A DNA stretch of 64,000 nucleotides from Dehalococcoidia bacterium (lineage in GTDB: Bacteria; Chloroflexota; Dehalococcoidia; UBA6926): NCBI GenBank assembly GCA_965237465.1, contig OZ250138.1, forward strand, positions 494,813 through 558,812, written 5' to 3'. Under the pieces are notes generated by a model, which had not been told where the DNA came from, made no database searches, and worked only from the letters and a program-made list of their open reading frames with translations. The position numbers and the translations under genes were made by a program. Shown piece by piece: positions 29,024 through 40,085 of this stretch; the first letter of the stretch is position 1, and each line of letters begins with the position of its first letter.

Positions 29024-29857
29024 ATGGCTACCGATCGGCCACCATTTCGGGACAGGCTGCAATCTGCGAGCGAGCGCAACCAGTCCTTGCTCTGCGTGGG
29101 GCTTGATCCTGATCCGGCAATGCTGGGCGGGCGCGACACGGCGACGTTCTGCATGGCCATTGTGGATGCGACCCTTGACCTCGCCTGCGCCTACAAGCTC
29201 AATCTGGCCTTCTTTGAGGCGCAGGGTTCACAGGGATATGCCTCTGTCGAGCGGATCGTCGCATATATCGATGGCCGCGTGCCGGTCGTTGGCGACGCCA
29301 AGCGCAATGACATCGGCAACTCGGCCCGGTTCTACGCCAAGGGCATCTTCGAAACATTCGGCTTTGACGCCGTCACTGTCAATCCGTTTTTGGGGCGCGA
29401 CAGCCTCGAGCCGTTTCTGGAGTACGAGGACCGGGGCACGCTCATTCTCTGCCGCACCTCGAACCCCGGCGGGCAGGACATTCAGGGGCTTTCGGCGGCT
29501 TTCGACGGGCGGAACATGCCGCTCTATGAAGCTGTCGCCCGACTCAGTTCCACGTGGAATTCACGTGGAAACGTAGGTCTTGTGGCAGGCGCGACATACC
29601 CAGCCGAAGCACAAACCATTCGCGCCATTTGCCCAGACATGCCGTTCCTCGTTCCGGGTGTGGGAGCGCAAGGCGGAGACCTTGATGCAGCCCTCGAGGC
29701 CACGCTAGACAGCCGCGGCGGCGGTATCTTCGTCAACGTTTCGCGCGGAGTGCTATATGCCTCGACAGGCGCGGACTACGCGGAGGCGGCGCGGGCGGCG
29801 GCGGCGGAATGGCGGGCTCGGATGGAAGACGCCCGACGACTGGCCCGCGCCACATGA
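29024..29857 (+). CDS. pyrF: Orotidine 5'-phosphate decarboxylase (type 2)
   Basis: LCVGLDPD and DAKRNDIGNS motifs, about 277 aa. SD gggggga. Confidence 0.85.
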   Translation: MATDRPPFRDRLQSASERNQSLLCVGLDPDPAMLGGRDTATFCMAIVDATLDLACAYKLNLAFFEAQGSQGYASVERIVAYIDGRVPVVGDAKRNDIGNSARFYAKGIFETFGFDAVTVNPFLGRDSLEPFLEYEDRGTLILCRTSNPGGQDIQGLSAAFDGRNMPLYEAVARLSSTWNSRGNVGLVAGATYPAEAQTIRAICPDMPFLVPGVGAQGGDLDAALEATLDSRGGGIFVNVSRGVLYASTGADYAEAARAAAAEWRARMEDARRLARAT

Positions 29858-29870
29858 TTGCCCCTGGCCG

Positions 29871-30782
29871 CTAGCCTGCCCCGACGAGGGATAGAACGAC
29901 GGTTACGGAGGCAAGGCTGACGATTGTCCCGACGACCACTATGCCGCTTGCGAGCTCCGGCCTGCCCCGGAATTGCGTGGCGAGAATGATCGTTAGTACG
30001 GCTGTCGGCATTCCGGACACGACAATCAGCACCTTTGAGGTGAGCGGATCAAACTGAAGGAGCTGCACGAACAATGCCGCAACGGCGGCGGAGACGATCA
30101 GGCGCAGGATTACGACAGCCGCTATGGCGCGCGCGCCTTCAATCGCCCTTGTCGAGGCAAGCTGGATTCCCAGGACAATGAGCATGGCCGGTATCGCGGC
30201 GTCGCCCAGGATCTGGGTTGGCCGCAGAATTGCCTCCGGCACTTCAAGGGAGAGCGCGCCGACGATCAAGCCCCCGGCTGCCGCGTAGCTCGTCGGCAGC
30301 TTGGCGACAGACACCAGGGAACCCAACAGATTGGTTTCGGCGCTAGAGGCGATGAAGGCGCCAACAGTCCATGCAAGAAGCGCCTGAGTCACGAAGAACA
30401 CGACAGCAATTGCCAGCCCCTCGTCGCCGAACGCAAACAAGGCCACCGGAAGGCCATAGTTCCCCGCGTTCATGAATAGCGCGCCCAGGACATAGGTTGT
30501 GCGCATGTCCTGCGGAACTCGTGTCGCCCGTGCCGTCGCCTGGGCAATCACATACATTGTGATGAGAAGCAGGAGGCTGAATATCGCGATGCGGGCCAGG
30601 TCGGACAGCGGAACTTGCGTCGTGGCCAGCCCGTGAAAGACCAGCGCAGGGCTGAAAATGTATAGGATGGCCTGGCTGAGCGATTCCGGGGATATTGGGC
30701 GGAAGCGCTGGACAATTGCGCCGGCAGCCGCCATGAGAAAGACAGGGAGAACGACGTTGACGAAGATGCTGGGAAAGTCCAT
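29871..30782 (-). CDS. AEC (auxin efflux carrier) family transporter
   Basis: 10 TM protein with typical AEC N-terminus (MDFPSIFVNVVLPVFLMAAAG). Confidence 0.8.
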   Translation of the reverse strand: MDFPSIFVNVVLPVFLMAAAGAIVQRFRPISPESLSQAILYIFSPALVFHGLATTQVPLSDLARIAIFSLLLLITMYVIAQATARATRVPQDMRTTYVLGALFMNAGNYGLPVALFAFGDEGLAIAVVFFVTQALLAWTVGAFIASSAETNLLGSLVSVAKLPTSYAAAGGLIVGALSLEVPEAILRPTQILGDAAIPAMLIVLGIQLASTRAIEGARAIAAVVILRLIVSAAVAALFVQLLQFDPLTSKVLIVVSGMPTAVLTIILATQFRGRPELASGIVVVGTIVSLASVTVVLSLVGAG

Positions 30783-30885
30783 GGGCAGTCTTCAGAATAC
30801 TTTGTCGCGCGATCCCCTCTCCACTGTCGGATCGGCCGCCGCGCCTTCACAATCGAGAGAAACGACCGGGGTTTAGAGGACCGTT

Positions 30886-31110
30886 ATGCCAAATAGGCCG
30901 CCAGATATCCGCCTCGGCGCAGAGGTCCAACTACGAAAGGCACACCCGTGCGGCGGCGACCACTGGCGCGTCACCCGCGTCGGGGCCGACATCGGGTTGA
31001 CGTGCCTGACATGCGGGCGCGCAGTGATGCTCGACCGGCTGGTTGTGGAGAGGCGGCTCAAACGGATTATTGAGGCGCCGCCCGCCACGAGAGAATCGCC
31101 GTCCGGCTAA
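30886..31110 (+). CDS. Small Cys-containing protein, DUF951-like
   Basis: 74 aa with HPCGGDHW…CLTCGR. SD agagga upstream. The family call is tentative. Confidence 0.4.
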   Translation: MPNRPPDIRLGAEVQLRKAHPCGGDHWRVTRVGADIGLTCLTCGRAVMLDRLVVERRLKRIIEAPPATRESPSG

Positions 31111-31847
31111 TCGAATTGGCCTTGCGCCTCGAAACTCTCCACGAGCGCCGGAAGCTCATCCAGGGAGTGAATCACCGAGGCGCCCTGGAAATCATCGTGG
31201 ACGTGGTCCCTGTCCAACAGGACAGGCCTGATTCCGACGCTTGTCGCGCCATCAATGTCCGCGTAGGGCTGGTCGCCGATGTGCACGGTCTGCCGCGGCA
31301 AGACGCCGGCGCGCTTCATGGCTTCCAGGAAGATCGGAGGATTCGGCTTGGCGGCGCCGACTTGCTCTGAGGTAACAGCGAACGACATGTACTCGCCGAT
31401 GCCAAGATCGGCGGCCAACTTATCCAGATCTCCCTCCATGTTTGACACAAGGCCCATCCTGTAGCCCTTGTCCGTCATCGCCTGCAACATAGGCATGACA
31501 TCGGGAAAGATGGCGTATCCCTGCCGCCTTGCCCAAACCACATCAACGATGGCGTCTGCCGTGGCCAAGTCCACTGTGACGCCCGCATGGGCAAGCAGGA
31601 GCGCCTCATAGCGAAGCCACAGTTCCTTGACGCTTTTCTGGTCCCGACGGCCAAGCGGCAATCGGCCGTTCTCACGGGATAGGTAGTTGTCGGCATACTG
31701 ATATGCGCGCAAGATTGCCTGCGGTTCTACGTCAATGCCGAATTGGGCGCACGCGGCGGCTTGTATCTCCTCACGCAGCGGCTCAAATCGGACGATGGTG
31801 TTGTAGAAATCCAGGGTGACGGCGCGTGGAGACCTCATTGTCGCCAC
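31107..31847 (-). CDS. HAD-superfamily hydrolase
   Basis: Motif I (LDFYNT) and motif III/IV (HIGDQPYADIDGA). Confidence 0.75.
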   Translation of the reverse strand: MATMRSPRAVTLDFYNTIVRFEPLREEIQAAACAQFGIDVEPQAILRAYQYADNYLSRENGRLPLGRRDQKSVKELWLRYEALLLAHAGVTVDLATADAIVDVVWARRQGYAIFPDVMPMLQAMTDKGYRMGLVSNMEGDLDKLAADLGIGEYMSFAVTSEQVGAAKPNPPIFLEAMKRAGVLPRQTVHIGDQPYADIDGATSVGIRPVLLDRDHVHDDFQGASVIHSLDELPALVESFEAQGQFD

Positions 31848-32090
31848 ATACTACCACCGCCATGACCGGAGTCGATTCAATTCTCTGCCGCCGACTCGCG
31901 TCATCGTCGGCGCCGTCTTCCATGGCATCGTGGTCTTGACCCTGCCCCCCAATTGACCGTAGCATGGCGCAAACCGACGGCGTCGGGCCGTAATGCATGC
32001 GGCTCTTCGGCAAGGGTCCCGGAGGCAATGGCGTCGTTGACGGGGGTGCTCTTTAGCAGGCGCCTCTCCAAGGTGACTGAGGGGGTGACA

Positions 32091-32345
32091 ATGAACTCCA
32101 GCCTGATTAGCAAGATCGAAAAGGCGCGGAAGTACGCCGATGAGAAGGATGAACGGCTGCGATTTGAGTCGTTCTCGGTCCGGATCCGCGGCGACAATGG
32201 CGGGCACGTTGTTTCCTTAGCAGACGGCGTCTTCGCTTGCGACTGCGACTTTTTTGTAGGCTGGAGCTCTTGCAGTCACGTCATGGCGATTGAACGCGTC
32301 CTAGACGGAATGATCCCGGAGCCTCCGGCCCCGCAGCACAGATAG
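32091..32345 (+). CDS. Small SWIM zinc-finger domain protein
   Basis: C-x-C-x(n)-C-x-H (ACDCDFFVGWSSCSH). The ATG at 32091 has the SD gaggggg. The track ORF begins earlier. Confidence 0.5.
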   Translation: MNSSLISKIEKARKYADEKDERLRFESFSVRIRGDNGGHVVSLADGVFACDCDFFVGWSSCSHVMAIERVLDGMIPEPPAPQHR

Positions 32346-32446
32346 CGGCCCGGCGACACTGTGTCGCCTGCTGATCCCAGCTAGCAGCGGACGTCGGAAG
32401 GAGCAACTTCACTGCTCGCTCTTCCGCCGGATGTTTGCGCCTTGCC

Positions 32447-32935
32447 CTACTCGAATCGCGGCTTGAGCCGGACGAACGTCCGCAACAGGTCTTCCGGCAG
32501 CACCTTTGTGTCTCCGACAACCGGCATGAAGTTTGTGTCGCCGCCCCAGCGTGGAACGATGTGGAGATGCACGTGGTCGGGCACGCCGGCGCCCGCCAAC
32601 CTACCAAGATTCATCCCTACGTTGAAACCATCCGGGCCGTACTCGGCCTTTAGCGCCGCTACGCACCTTTGAACAAGCGCCCACAACTCCTCGCCCGTTT
32701 CTGTGGACAGGGACTCTATCTCCCCGCCGTGCGCATACGGCGCAACCATGAGGTGGCCCGTGTTGTACGGGTAGAGATTCATGATGACGTAGGAGAGCCG
32801 GCCCCGATGGAGGATGAGCGTCTCAGCGTCGTTGTCCCGGGCCGGGCTGTCGCAGAGAAAGCAGCCTGAGTCCTCGCCTGCGTTCGCCTGCCCTGCCATA
32901 TATGCCGCCCTCCATGGCGTATAGAGTCGATCCAC
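32447..32935 (-). CDS. HIT-family protein, Ap4A phosphorylase (ATP adenylyltransferase)-like
   Basis: RLYTPWR…CFLCDS…NLYPYNTGHLMV…HVHLHIVPRWGGDTNF closely parallels the mycobacterial Rv2613c-type HIT enzyme. The longest ORF begins at 33118 but would overlap the upstream gene by about 150 nt. GTG at 32935 is the first start after that gene's stop. Confidence 0.7.
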   Translation of the reverse strand: MDRLYTPWRAAYMAGQANAGEDSGCFLCDSPARDNDAETLILHRGRLSYVIMNLYPYNTGHLMVAPYAHGGEIESLSTETGEELWALVQRCVAALKAEYGPDGFNVGMNLGRLAGAGVPDHVHLHIVPRWGGDTNFMPVVGDTKVLPEDLLRTFVRLKPRFE

Positions 32936-32961
32936 GTCGGCGTTCCGGTCGGCGTCCGGTC

Positions 32962-35049
32962 TTAGAGAATCCGAATTGTCGGTGGCGGAGCGTCCAGCTG
33001 CCGAAGGAATGCCTCGACGGTATTCACCGGCAGCTTGCACACAAAATTCTCGCAGACGTAGGCCGTGGCTTGCCCGTTTATCATCGTTCGCCCGTCCAGC
33101 ACCGGGAGGTCTTCCCACTCAAATGCCTCATCCTGCGTCGCCGCGACAACAACCTTGTTGGGCATGTAACGGCTATTGAGGGATGCAAGCAATGCGTTAA
33201 GGTCAGCGCCGTCCTTGTTTCCGATGAAGGCGATCTCCTTCTGCGAGCCAAGGTGGAAATCCAGCGCGCCAAGCCAATGGCCGACTGCTGTCGGGTAACG
33301 GGACAGGTACATGTGCGCGCTGCGCATCGCCTTCTCAGCCGCTACTCGATAGCGCTCAATACCAGTGAGCGCGGCCAACCGCAAAAGCAACTCCGTTGCG
33401 GAGGCGCCGCCGGACGGCGTCGCGTTGTCCAGCACAGTCCTCGGACGGACAACAAGCGGCTCGGCATCGCTGCCGATGTCGTAGAAAATGGCGGCTTCGT
33501 CGTCCCAAAAGAGCTCAAGTATGTCGTCGGCAAGCGAGAGGGCCTCATCAAGTCGGCGTCGATCAAATGTCAGCTCAAACGCGGACATGAGGCCGTTGCC
33601 CAGGTGGGCGTAATCCTCCAGGTAGGCAGGGATTCGCGCTTCCCCGCCCTTGTATGACCGCAGGAGACGGCCATCATCGCGACGCATCCGTGACGTCAGG
33701 AAGTCTGCCAGGGTATCCACACCCGCGCGATAGTCTGCCCGGTCGAGGGCGCCTGCAGCCTCTGAGAGAGAGCGCAGAAGAAGGCCGTTCCAGCCGGTCA
33801 GGATTTTCTCATCCCGCATTGGGCGGATGCGCCGAGCCCGCGATTCCAGAAGCGATGCCCTGGAGGTCCGCAGCGATGACTGTATGTCGACGACGGACAT
33901 GCCGTGACGCTCTGCGATCTCATCATCCGTCGCGACCCTGTTGAGGACGGACTCATGCGCCTGCTCAAAGTTTCCGGCCTCCGTGACACCGTAGGCCTGG
34001 CAAAAGACGTCCGCATCGCCGCCCAGCAATGTCGCTTTGATTTCGTCGAGCGTCCAAACGTAGTACTTGCCTTCTTCGCCCTCGCTGTCTGCGTCTAGAT
34101 TTGAATAGAATCCTCCGTCCGGCGACCGCATTTCTTCAAAGAGGAAATCCAGGGTTTCCTCCACGACGACGCGAAAATCCTCGCGGCCTGTCACCTGATA
34201 CCCATGAAGGTAAGCGCCGACCAAGAGGGCGTTGTCGTAGAGCATCTTCTCGAAGTGCGGCACGGACCATTGGGCGTCCGTGCTGTAGCGGTGGAAACCT
34301 CCGCCGAGTTGGTCATACAGGCCGCCCGCGGCCATGCGCTGGAGCGTGTTCTCCAGCATGGAGCGGGCGTATTCGTCACCCGTGGAGCTTATGTGCCGCA
34401 TTAGAAATTCCAGCAGCATCGGCTGGGGGAACTTCGGCGCGGTCATGAATCCGCCGTTCGCGGCGTCATAGGCGCTCTGCAGTCGATTAAACCCCTCTGT
34501 CAGGAGATCGGTCGTCAACAAGGATTCCTGTCCGCTTACGGCCATTGTTGCGCGACGCAAGTGGTCTACGATGTTCTCGCCGGCGCCCAGGATCTCTGTC
34601 TTGCGAGTGCGATATGCCTCCATCACGGTATGGAGGACGCGCGGAAATCCTGGCATCCCCGGCCTGTCGTCAGGCGGGTAATAGGTCCCGCCGAAGAATG
34701 GCGCGCCGTCCGGGGTGAGAAAGACGCTTAGCGGCCAGCCGCCGTGCCCGGACAACGCTTGCACCGCGTCCATGTACACGGAATCGATGTCCGGTCGTTC
34801 TTCCCGATCAACCTTGATGGAGACAAAGTTCTCATTCAAGAGACGGGCCGTATCCGCATTCTCAAATGACTCTCTCTCCATGACATGGCACCAATGGCAG
34901 GATGAGTAGCCAATGCTAAGAAAGATGGGCCTACCCTGCTCTTGCGCTATCGCCAGGGCCTCAGATCCCCAAGGGAACCAGTCCACAGGATTGTTCGCGT
35001 GTTGTAGGAGATAGGGGCTGGTCTCATTGATCAGGCGGTTAGGCGCCAT
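32962..35049 (-). CDS. Thioredoxin-domain protein, YyaL/DUF255 (SSP411-like) family
   Basis: Thioredoxin-like N-terminal domain with CHWCH, followed by a large six-hairpin glycosidase-like domain. The ATG chosen is [28 protein letters not shown]. Confidence 0.8.
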   Translation of the reverse strand: MAPNRLINETSPYLLQHANNPVDWFPWGSEALAIAQEQGRPIFLSIGYSSCHWCHVMERESFENADTARLLNENFVSIKVDREERPDIDSVYMDAVQALSGHGGWPLSVFLTPDGAPFFGGTYYPPDDRPGMPGFPRVLHTVMEAYRTRKTEILGAGENIVDHLRRATMAVSGQESLLTTDLLTEGFNRLQSAYDAANGGFMTAPKFPQPMLLEFLMRHISSTGDEYARSMLENTLQRMAAGGLYDQLGGGFHRYSTDAQWSVPHFEKMLYDNALLVGAYLHGYQVTGREDFRVVVEETLDFLFEEMRSPDGGFYSNLDADSEGEEGKYYVWTLDEIKATLLGGDADVFCQAYGVTEAGNFEQAHESVLNRVATDDEIAERHGMSVVDIQSSLRTSRASLLESRARRIRPMRDEKILTGWNGLLLRSLSEAAGALDRADYRAGVDTLADFLTSRMRRDDGRLLRSYKGGEARIPAYLEDYAHLGNGLMSAFELTFDRRRLDEALSLADDILELFWDDEAAIFYDIGSDAEPLVVRPRTVLDNATPSGGASATELLLRLAALTGIERYRVAAEKAMRSAHMYLSRYPTAVGHWLGALDFHLGSQKEIAFIGNKDGADLNALLASLNSRYMPNKVVVAATQDEAFEWEDLPVLDGRTMINGQATAYVCENFVCKLPVNTVEAFLRQLDAPPPTIRIL

Positions 35050-35122
35050 GACAACTCCTTGGATTGTCTCCTCGGGGACGGAAACACTGACGCTGGCAGA
35101 GCTGGCGAGATGGCGTTGCAGT

Positions 35123-35866
35123 TCATGCCTGTTCGCTCTGCGACCATTGCCACAGGGCAGGCTTGACGCGCTCCAACAGGAGGATGCCTTTGCGCGTATC
35201 GCTTGCAAGGCGAGCCGGATCGCTTCTCGTCATGCGCCGTTTGAATAGCCAGTACGTAAAGCCCTTCTGGTCATCCAGCGATGAGCGCTTTAAGGCGCCG
35301 TTCTGCCGCAGATCCCGCCGGTATTCCTTACGCAATTCGATGCCGGGAGCGTCATATAGCCGTCGGAAAGCCTCGTCCTCAATAGATTCTTCGCGGGCAC
35401 CCATTGCTTGCTGAGCCTTGGCGACCTCTTCAATATTCGCCTGCTGCAAGGCTTCCTCCACGACGATGCCGTAGAGAAAATTCAGGTGAGCGCCGTGCTT
35501 TGCCGGCCCTATCAGTTCTCGAAATAGCCCGTTCTCGAGCGGCATTGGAGGTCGGCCATCAAATAGCAACTCCGCCTTTTCCTCATCCGGAATAAGTGCA
35601 TCGGCAGCGGCCAGCAGCCGCTCGGCAAGCAGCAGCCAATCAAAGGCCTCGCCTCCAATGACATAGCAGTAGACCCTGCCCTGCCATTCCTCCTGAGGCG
35701 TCGGCCACGCGGCTACGGCGCGCAGGAGAGCGAGAAACCAATTCTGGCCCGCGCGAATTTCAGTGAGGAACGGTCCTGCTGCGTCGCCTGCCGGATCAAG
35801 GCCACTCTCAACACCGGCGTCCGGCCCGGCGTGGCTTTCTCCAGTCGAAGTCGTTTCAGGCAGCAT
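35123..35866 (-). CDS. Hypothetical protein (downstream of secA, co-oriented)
   Basis: Track ORF trimmed to MLPETTSTG…. No recognisable motif. Confidence 0.45.
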   Translation of the reverse strand: MLPETTSTGESHAGPDAGVESGLDPAGDAAGPFLTEIRAGQNWFLALLRAVAAWPTPQEEWQGRVYCYVIGGEAFDWLLLAERLLAAADALIPDEEKAELLFDGRPPMPLENGLFRELIGPAKHGAHLNFLYGIVVEEALQQANIEEVAKAQQAMGAREESIEDEAFRRLYDAPGIELRKEYRRDLRQNGALKRSSLDDQKGFTYWLFKRRMTRSDPARLASDTRKGILLLERVKPALWQWSQSEQA

Positions 35867-35968
35867 GGCGAGGCCTGAAGCCCGATTGGTTCTTGCGATT
35901 AGGAAGCGACGCCGGCCCGCTTGCCGCCGGCGCACAGTGTCTTGGGTCTCGCCGCCGGGCGCGGGTCA

Positions 35969-38644
35969 TCACGCGGCTACCCCGTGGCATTTCTTGTACT
36001 TGATGCCGCTGCCGCAGAAGCAGGGATCGTTGCGGCGCATCTTTTGCCCCGTGCGCTTCACTGTGGCGCGAGAGTCGGTCGCCGGCGCCTGTCCCTGGCC
36101 ATCGCGCTGTTGGCTCACCATGGGGCTGGCTGCGACAGAGTCCGGCGCGGCAACGCCGTTCTGAACACGGCCGGCCATTGATGGCGCGGCTTGTTGCCCT
36201 ATGTACGGATGCACATCAAGATGCAGGATGGTTCTGGCGATTGCGTGTCTCAGGCGCTCCATAAGCTCCAGAAACATCGCGTGGCTTTCCTGGCGGTACA
36301 TGACCAGTGGATTTCGCTGCCCGTACGCTTGCAGTCCCGCGCTGAGGCGCATGTGCTCTATTGCGGTCAGGTGTTGAACCCAGAGAGAGTCCAGAGTCTG
36401 TAGGAGGATCAGTCTCTCAAGCTCGCGAGATCGCTCTTCCCCGAGTTGGGTTTCCTTTTCCTCATAGATGCCAAGGGCGTGCTCGGCCAGGGCATCTATC
36501 ATCTCGTCCTGCGTCAGGTCGAGGAACTCTTCAGGCTCGGCCCATTCGGGTGCGGGCATGAGCGCGCGAAGCGCCGCCCTAAAGCCATCCATATCCCAGT
36601 TGCCCGGGTCGCGATCAGATAGGTGATTTTCTACAAGCGCAGCACACTCTTCGCCAATCATCGTGCGGATGTTGTCTCTGAGATCCTCTGCATGCACGAC
36701 TTTCGACCGCTCGGCGTAGATGATACCGCGCTGCCGATTGATGACATCGTCGTATTCAACCAGGTGCTTGCGAATCTCAAAGTTGTTGCCTTCGACACGC
36801 ACCTGGGCATTCTCAAAGGCTCGCGAGACCATGCGATTCTCGACGGCGGCGTCCTTGTTCATGCCGCTCCAGGACATGATGGACTTGACGCGGTCTCCTC
36901 CGAAGCGCCGGATTATCTCGTCCTCAAGAGACACATAGAACTGGGACATTCCCCGGTCGCCCTGTCTGCCTGCCCGACCCCGCAACTGGTTGTCAATCCG
37001 CCGCGCCTCATGTCGCTCCGTGCCCAGAATGAACAACCCGCCGAGCTCCAACACCCTGTCGTGTTCTTCCTGCCAATCATCCGGATCGCGTCCGTCCGGA
37101 TTGCCTCCGAGGATAATGTCCGTGCCCCGCCCCGCCATGTTTGTGGAGACGGTTATCGCGCCGAAGCGACCGGCCTGGGCGATAATCTGGGCTTCCCGTT
37201 CATGCTGTTTGGCGTTCAGGATCTCATGCGGCAAGTTCTCCTGGCGGAGAAGGGTACTCAGCCGCTCGGACGTTTCGATAGTGGCGGTGCCGACCAACAC
37301 GGGTCTACCCTGCTCGTGCAATTCCTTCAGCGCCTCGGCAATAGCCTTGAACTTGCTGTCCTCGTTCAAGTAGACCAGGTCCGGATGGTCCTCGCGCACG
37401 GATGGCATGTTGGTTGGGATCGGCAGCGGATCGAGGCTGTAGATCTTGATGAATTCCTCGGCCTCCGTTGAAGCCGTGCCCGTCATGCCCGCGAGCCGCT
37501 CATACATGCGGAAATAGTTCTGCAGAGTGATTGTCGCCAGAGTGACGGACTCTCTCTGTACCGGTACGCCCTCTTTGGCCTCAATGGCTTGATGGAGACC
37601 CTCGGAGTACCTGCGGCCAGGCATAAGGCGACCCGTGAATTCGTCAACGATGACCACTTCGCCTTCGCCGTTTACGACGTACTCCTTGTCGCGATGGAAC
37701 ACAAATTCCGCTTTGAGGGCGTTCTCAACAAAGTGGACCGCTGTGTAGTGCTCCGGCGCGTAGAGGTTGTCGATATTGAGGGCGCGTTCTATCTTGCTGA
37801 TGCCGTCGTCCGTCAATGACACGGCCCGGGTCTTGGGATCGATGGCAAAATCGTCGTCTTCATTTAGACGGCGCGCAAGCTGCGCAAACCTGTCATAGCT
37901 CTGCGTCGGCTCCTGGGAAGGGCCGCTGATAATTAGAGGCGTGCGAGCCTCATCAATGAGGATGTAATCCACCTCATCGACAATGGCGTAGACAAGGTCT
38001 CGCTGCACACGCTGGTCGAGCGACAGCGCGAGGTTGTCCCTGAGGTAGTCGAATCCAAACTCGGCGTTGGTGCCGTACGTCACATCCGCGGCGTAGGCCT
38101 CCCGCCGATGAACGGGTCGCATGACATCATCCGAATCTTCCTGGTCAGGGTCATAGGCAAGCGAATCCTCGTGTTGCAGACAGGCAACGCTGATGCCCAG
38201 CGCGTGATAAACGGGTCCCATCCAATGCGCGTCGCGCCTGGCCAGGTAGTCATTGACGGTGACAACGTGCGCCCCTCGGCCTGTGAGGGCGTTCAGATAG
38301 ACGGGCAGCGTGGCCACGAGAGTCTTTCCCTCGCCCGTCCGCATCTCCGCGATCCGGCCCTGATGGAGGGCGATGCCTCCGATCATCTGGACGTCAAAGT
38401 GCCTCATGCCGAGGGTGCGCTTTGATGCCTCCCGGACAGCGGCAAAGGCCTCCGGCAGTACATCGTTTAGGGTCTCGCGGTTGTCCAGCCGAGCCCTCAG
38501 GATTGTCGTTGTTTCACGCAGCTCGTCATCGGAAAGCGCGGCGAATTGCGGCTCAATGTCGTTGATGTCTTCAACAGTCGGGCGCATCCGCTTGACGGCC
38601 CGCTCATGGTTCACTCCAAAGACTTTTTGTATTTTGCTGATCAC
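35969..38644 (-). CDS. secA: Preprotein translocase ATPase SecA
   Basis: Full-length SecA with DEAD motor motifs and the C-terminal Zn-binding tail CFCGSGIKYKKCHG. Confidence 0.95.
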   Translation of the reverse strand: MISKIQKVFGVNHERAVKRMRPTVEDINDIEPQFAALSDDELRETTTILRARLDNRETLNDVLPEAFAAVREASKRTLGMRHFDVQMIGGIALHQGRIAEMRTGEGKTLVATLPVYLNALTGRGAHVVTVNDYLARRDAHWMGPVYHALGISVACLQHEDSLAYDPDQEDSDDVMRPVHRREAYAADVTYGTNAEFGFDYLRDNLALSLDQRVQRDLVYAIVDEVDYILIDEARTPLIISGPSQEPTQSYDRFAQLARRLNEDDDFAIDPKTRAVSLTDDGISKIERALNIDNLYAPEHYTAVHFVENALKAEFVFHRDKEYVVNGEGEVVIVDEFTGRLMPGRRYSEGLHQAIEAKEGVPVQRESVTLATITLQNYFRMYERLAGMTGTASTEAEEFIKIYSLDPLPIPTNMPSVREDHPDLVYLNEDSKFKAIAEALKELHEQGRPVLVGTATIETSERLSTLLRQENLPHEILNAKQHEREAQIIAQAGRFGAITVSTNMAGRGTDIILGGNPDGRDPDDWQEEHDRVLELGGLFILGTERHEARRIDNQLRGRAGRQGDRGMSQFYVSLEDEIIRRFGGDRVKSIMSWSGMNKDAAVENRMVSRAFENAQVRVEGNNFEIRKHLVEYDDVINRQRGIIYAERSKVVHAEDLRDNIRTMIGEECAALVENHLSDRDPGNWDMDGFRAALRALMPAPEWAEPEEFLDLTQDEMIDALAEHALGIYEEKETQLGEERSRELERLILLQTLDSLWVQHLTAIEHMRLSAGLQAYGQRNPLVMYRQESHAMFLELMERLRHAIARTILHLDVHPYIGQQAAPSMAGRVQNGVAAPDSVAASPMVSQQRDGQGQAPATDSRATVKRTGQKMRRNDPCFCGSGIKYKKCHGVAA

Positions 38645-38965
38645 TGCCCTGTTTGCTCCCTCAGGCGGCCCTGCCAGAACATGTCCTCACTGCCGACCAC
38701 CCGCCTATGAGAACGCGCCCGATTTGCGGCTCCGTGGCGACATGTTTCGCACATATATCGCGCGTATTCTCCTCTTAAGGATACCCTGAGTGCGCGAATC
38801 GGTCTCTCCCGACAGACCAAGACGGCAGAACGCGCGGAAAACGCCGCCGGGACACATATCTCTTAGATAGCTGGGCAACAGGCCGGCGGCGGCATATGCG
38901 GCGACGAATACCCGGCAAACCGGGGCCCTCTCGGCATCAAGGGATGGACTGAGTGAGGCCAGGGG

Positions 38966-39913
38966 CTAAGTGAACATCTCGCCGATGGATCGGTTGTGGT
39001 GAATTCGGCGAATCGCCTCGCCCAGCAAGGGCGCCACAGATACGACCTTGATATCGACGCCGTGAATTTCCTTTTGCGAGACCGGCAGGCTATCAGAGAC
39101 GACAAGTTGATCTATGGCGCTGTCCTTCAGCCGCTCAAATGATAGCGGGGACAAGACGGCGTGCGTCACCGCAGCCGAGACGGCTGTCGCGCCGTGCTGG
39201 AGCAGCGTTTCCGCGGCGGACACCAGTGATCCGCCGGTATCGACCTCGTCGTCGAAGATGATCGCTTTATGACCACGCACGTCACCGATGACCGTGACGC
39301 TCTCCGACCGGTCATTGTTGCCAATGCGACGCTTCTCAATGATGGCAAGGGGCTTGCCCCACCGCTCGGCGACGTCCCGCGCCCGCTTGGTGCTGCCCAC
39401 GTCAGGCGCAACGACGACGCCGGCAGCGTTCGCTTCCATGAAATAGTCAGCAATGAGCGGCATTGCGGTCAGCTCATCCACGGGGATGTTGAAGAAGCCT
39501 TGAATCTGTCCTGCGTGGAGGTCAATGGTAAGAACCCGCTCAGCTCCCGCGACGGTGATCAGGTCCGCGAGGAGTCGCGCCGTGATCGGCACACGAGGCT
39601 GATCTTTCTTGTCAGTGCGCCCATAAGCGTAGTAGGGGATAACAGCAGTGATGCGGCCGGCGGACGCGCGCTTAGCCGCGTCAATCATGATCAGGAGCTC
39701 CATGATGCTCTGATTGACCGGCGTCGAGAAGGGCTGGATCAGGAAGACGTCGCGGCCTCTGACATTTTCCAGGATCCTGACAAAGATATTTTCGTTGGAG
39801 AACTGGAATACATCGGTTTCGCCGGGTCTGATGTCCAGGTAGGCACATACATCGTCAACGAGGGCGCGGTGGGCGTTGCCGGAGAATACCTTGAGTTCCG
39901 AGCTCTCTATCAC
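38966..39913 (-). CDS. prs: Ribose-phosphate pyrophosphokinase
   Basis: PRPP synthetase motifs (DLHAGQIQGFF, IIFDDEVDTGGS). The track starts at a TTG; GTG at 39913 (MIESSELKVFSG) is preceded by gggggg. Confidence 0.9.
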   Translation of the reverse strand: MIESSELKVFSGNAHRALVDDVCAYLDIRPGETDVFQFSNENIFVRILENVRGRDVFLIQPFSTPVNQSIMELLIMIDAAKRASAGRITAVIPYYAYGRTDKKDQPRVPITARLLADLITVAGAERVLTIDLHAGQIQGFFNIPVDELTAMPLIADYFMEANAAGVVVAPDVGSTKRARDVAERWGKPLAIIEKRRIGNNDRSESVTVIGDVRGHKAIIFDDEVDTGGSLVSAAETLLQHGATAVSAAVTHAVLSPLSFERLKDSAIDQLVVSDSLPVSQKEIHGVDIKVVSVAPLLGEAIRRIHHNRSIGEMFT

Positions 39914-40085
39914 GCATAACCCCCCGATGAAATCGCCATCCCCCGCGCAGCCCAGCAATTATAGCATCGCGGAACCCGCAGCCCGCCTGGCGCACGCGCC
40001 ACGACTCCTCCACCATGACGACGCTCAATGCGAGCGTGTACCATACCTATACGATACACAAAACTCACATCGTTCTGGAGATGCA

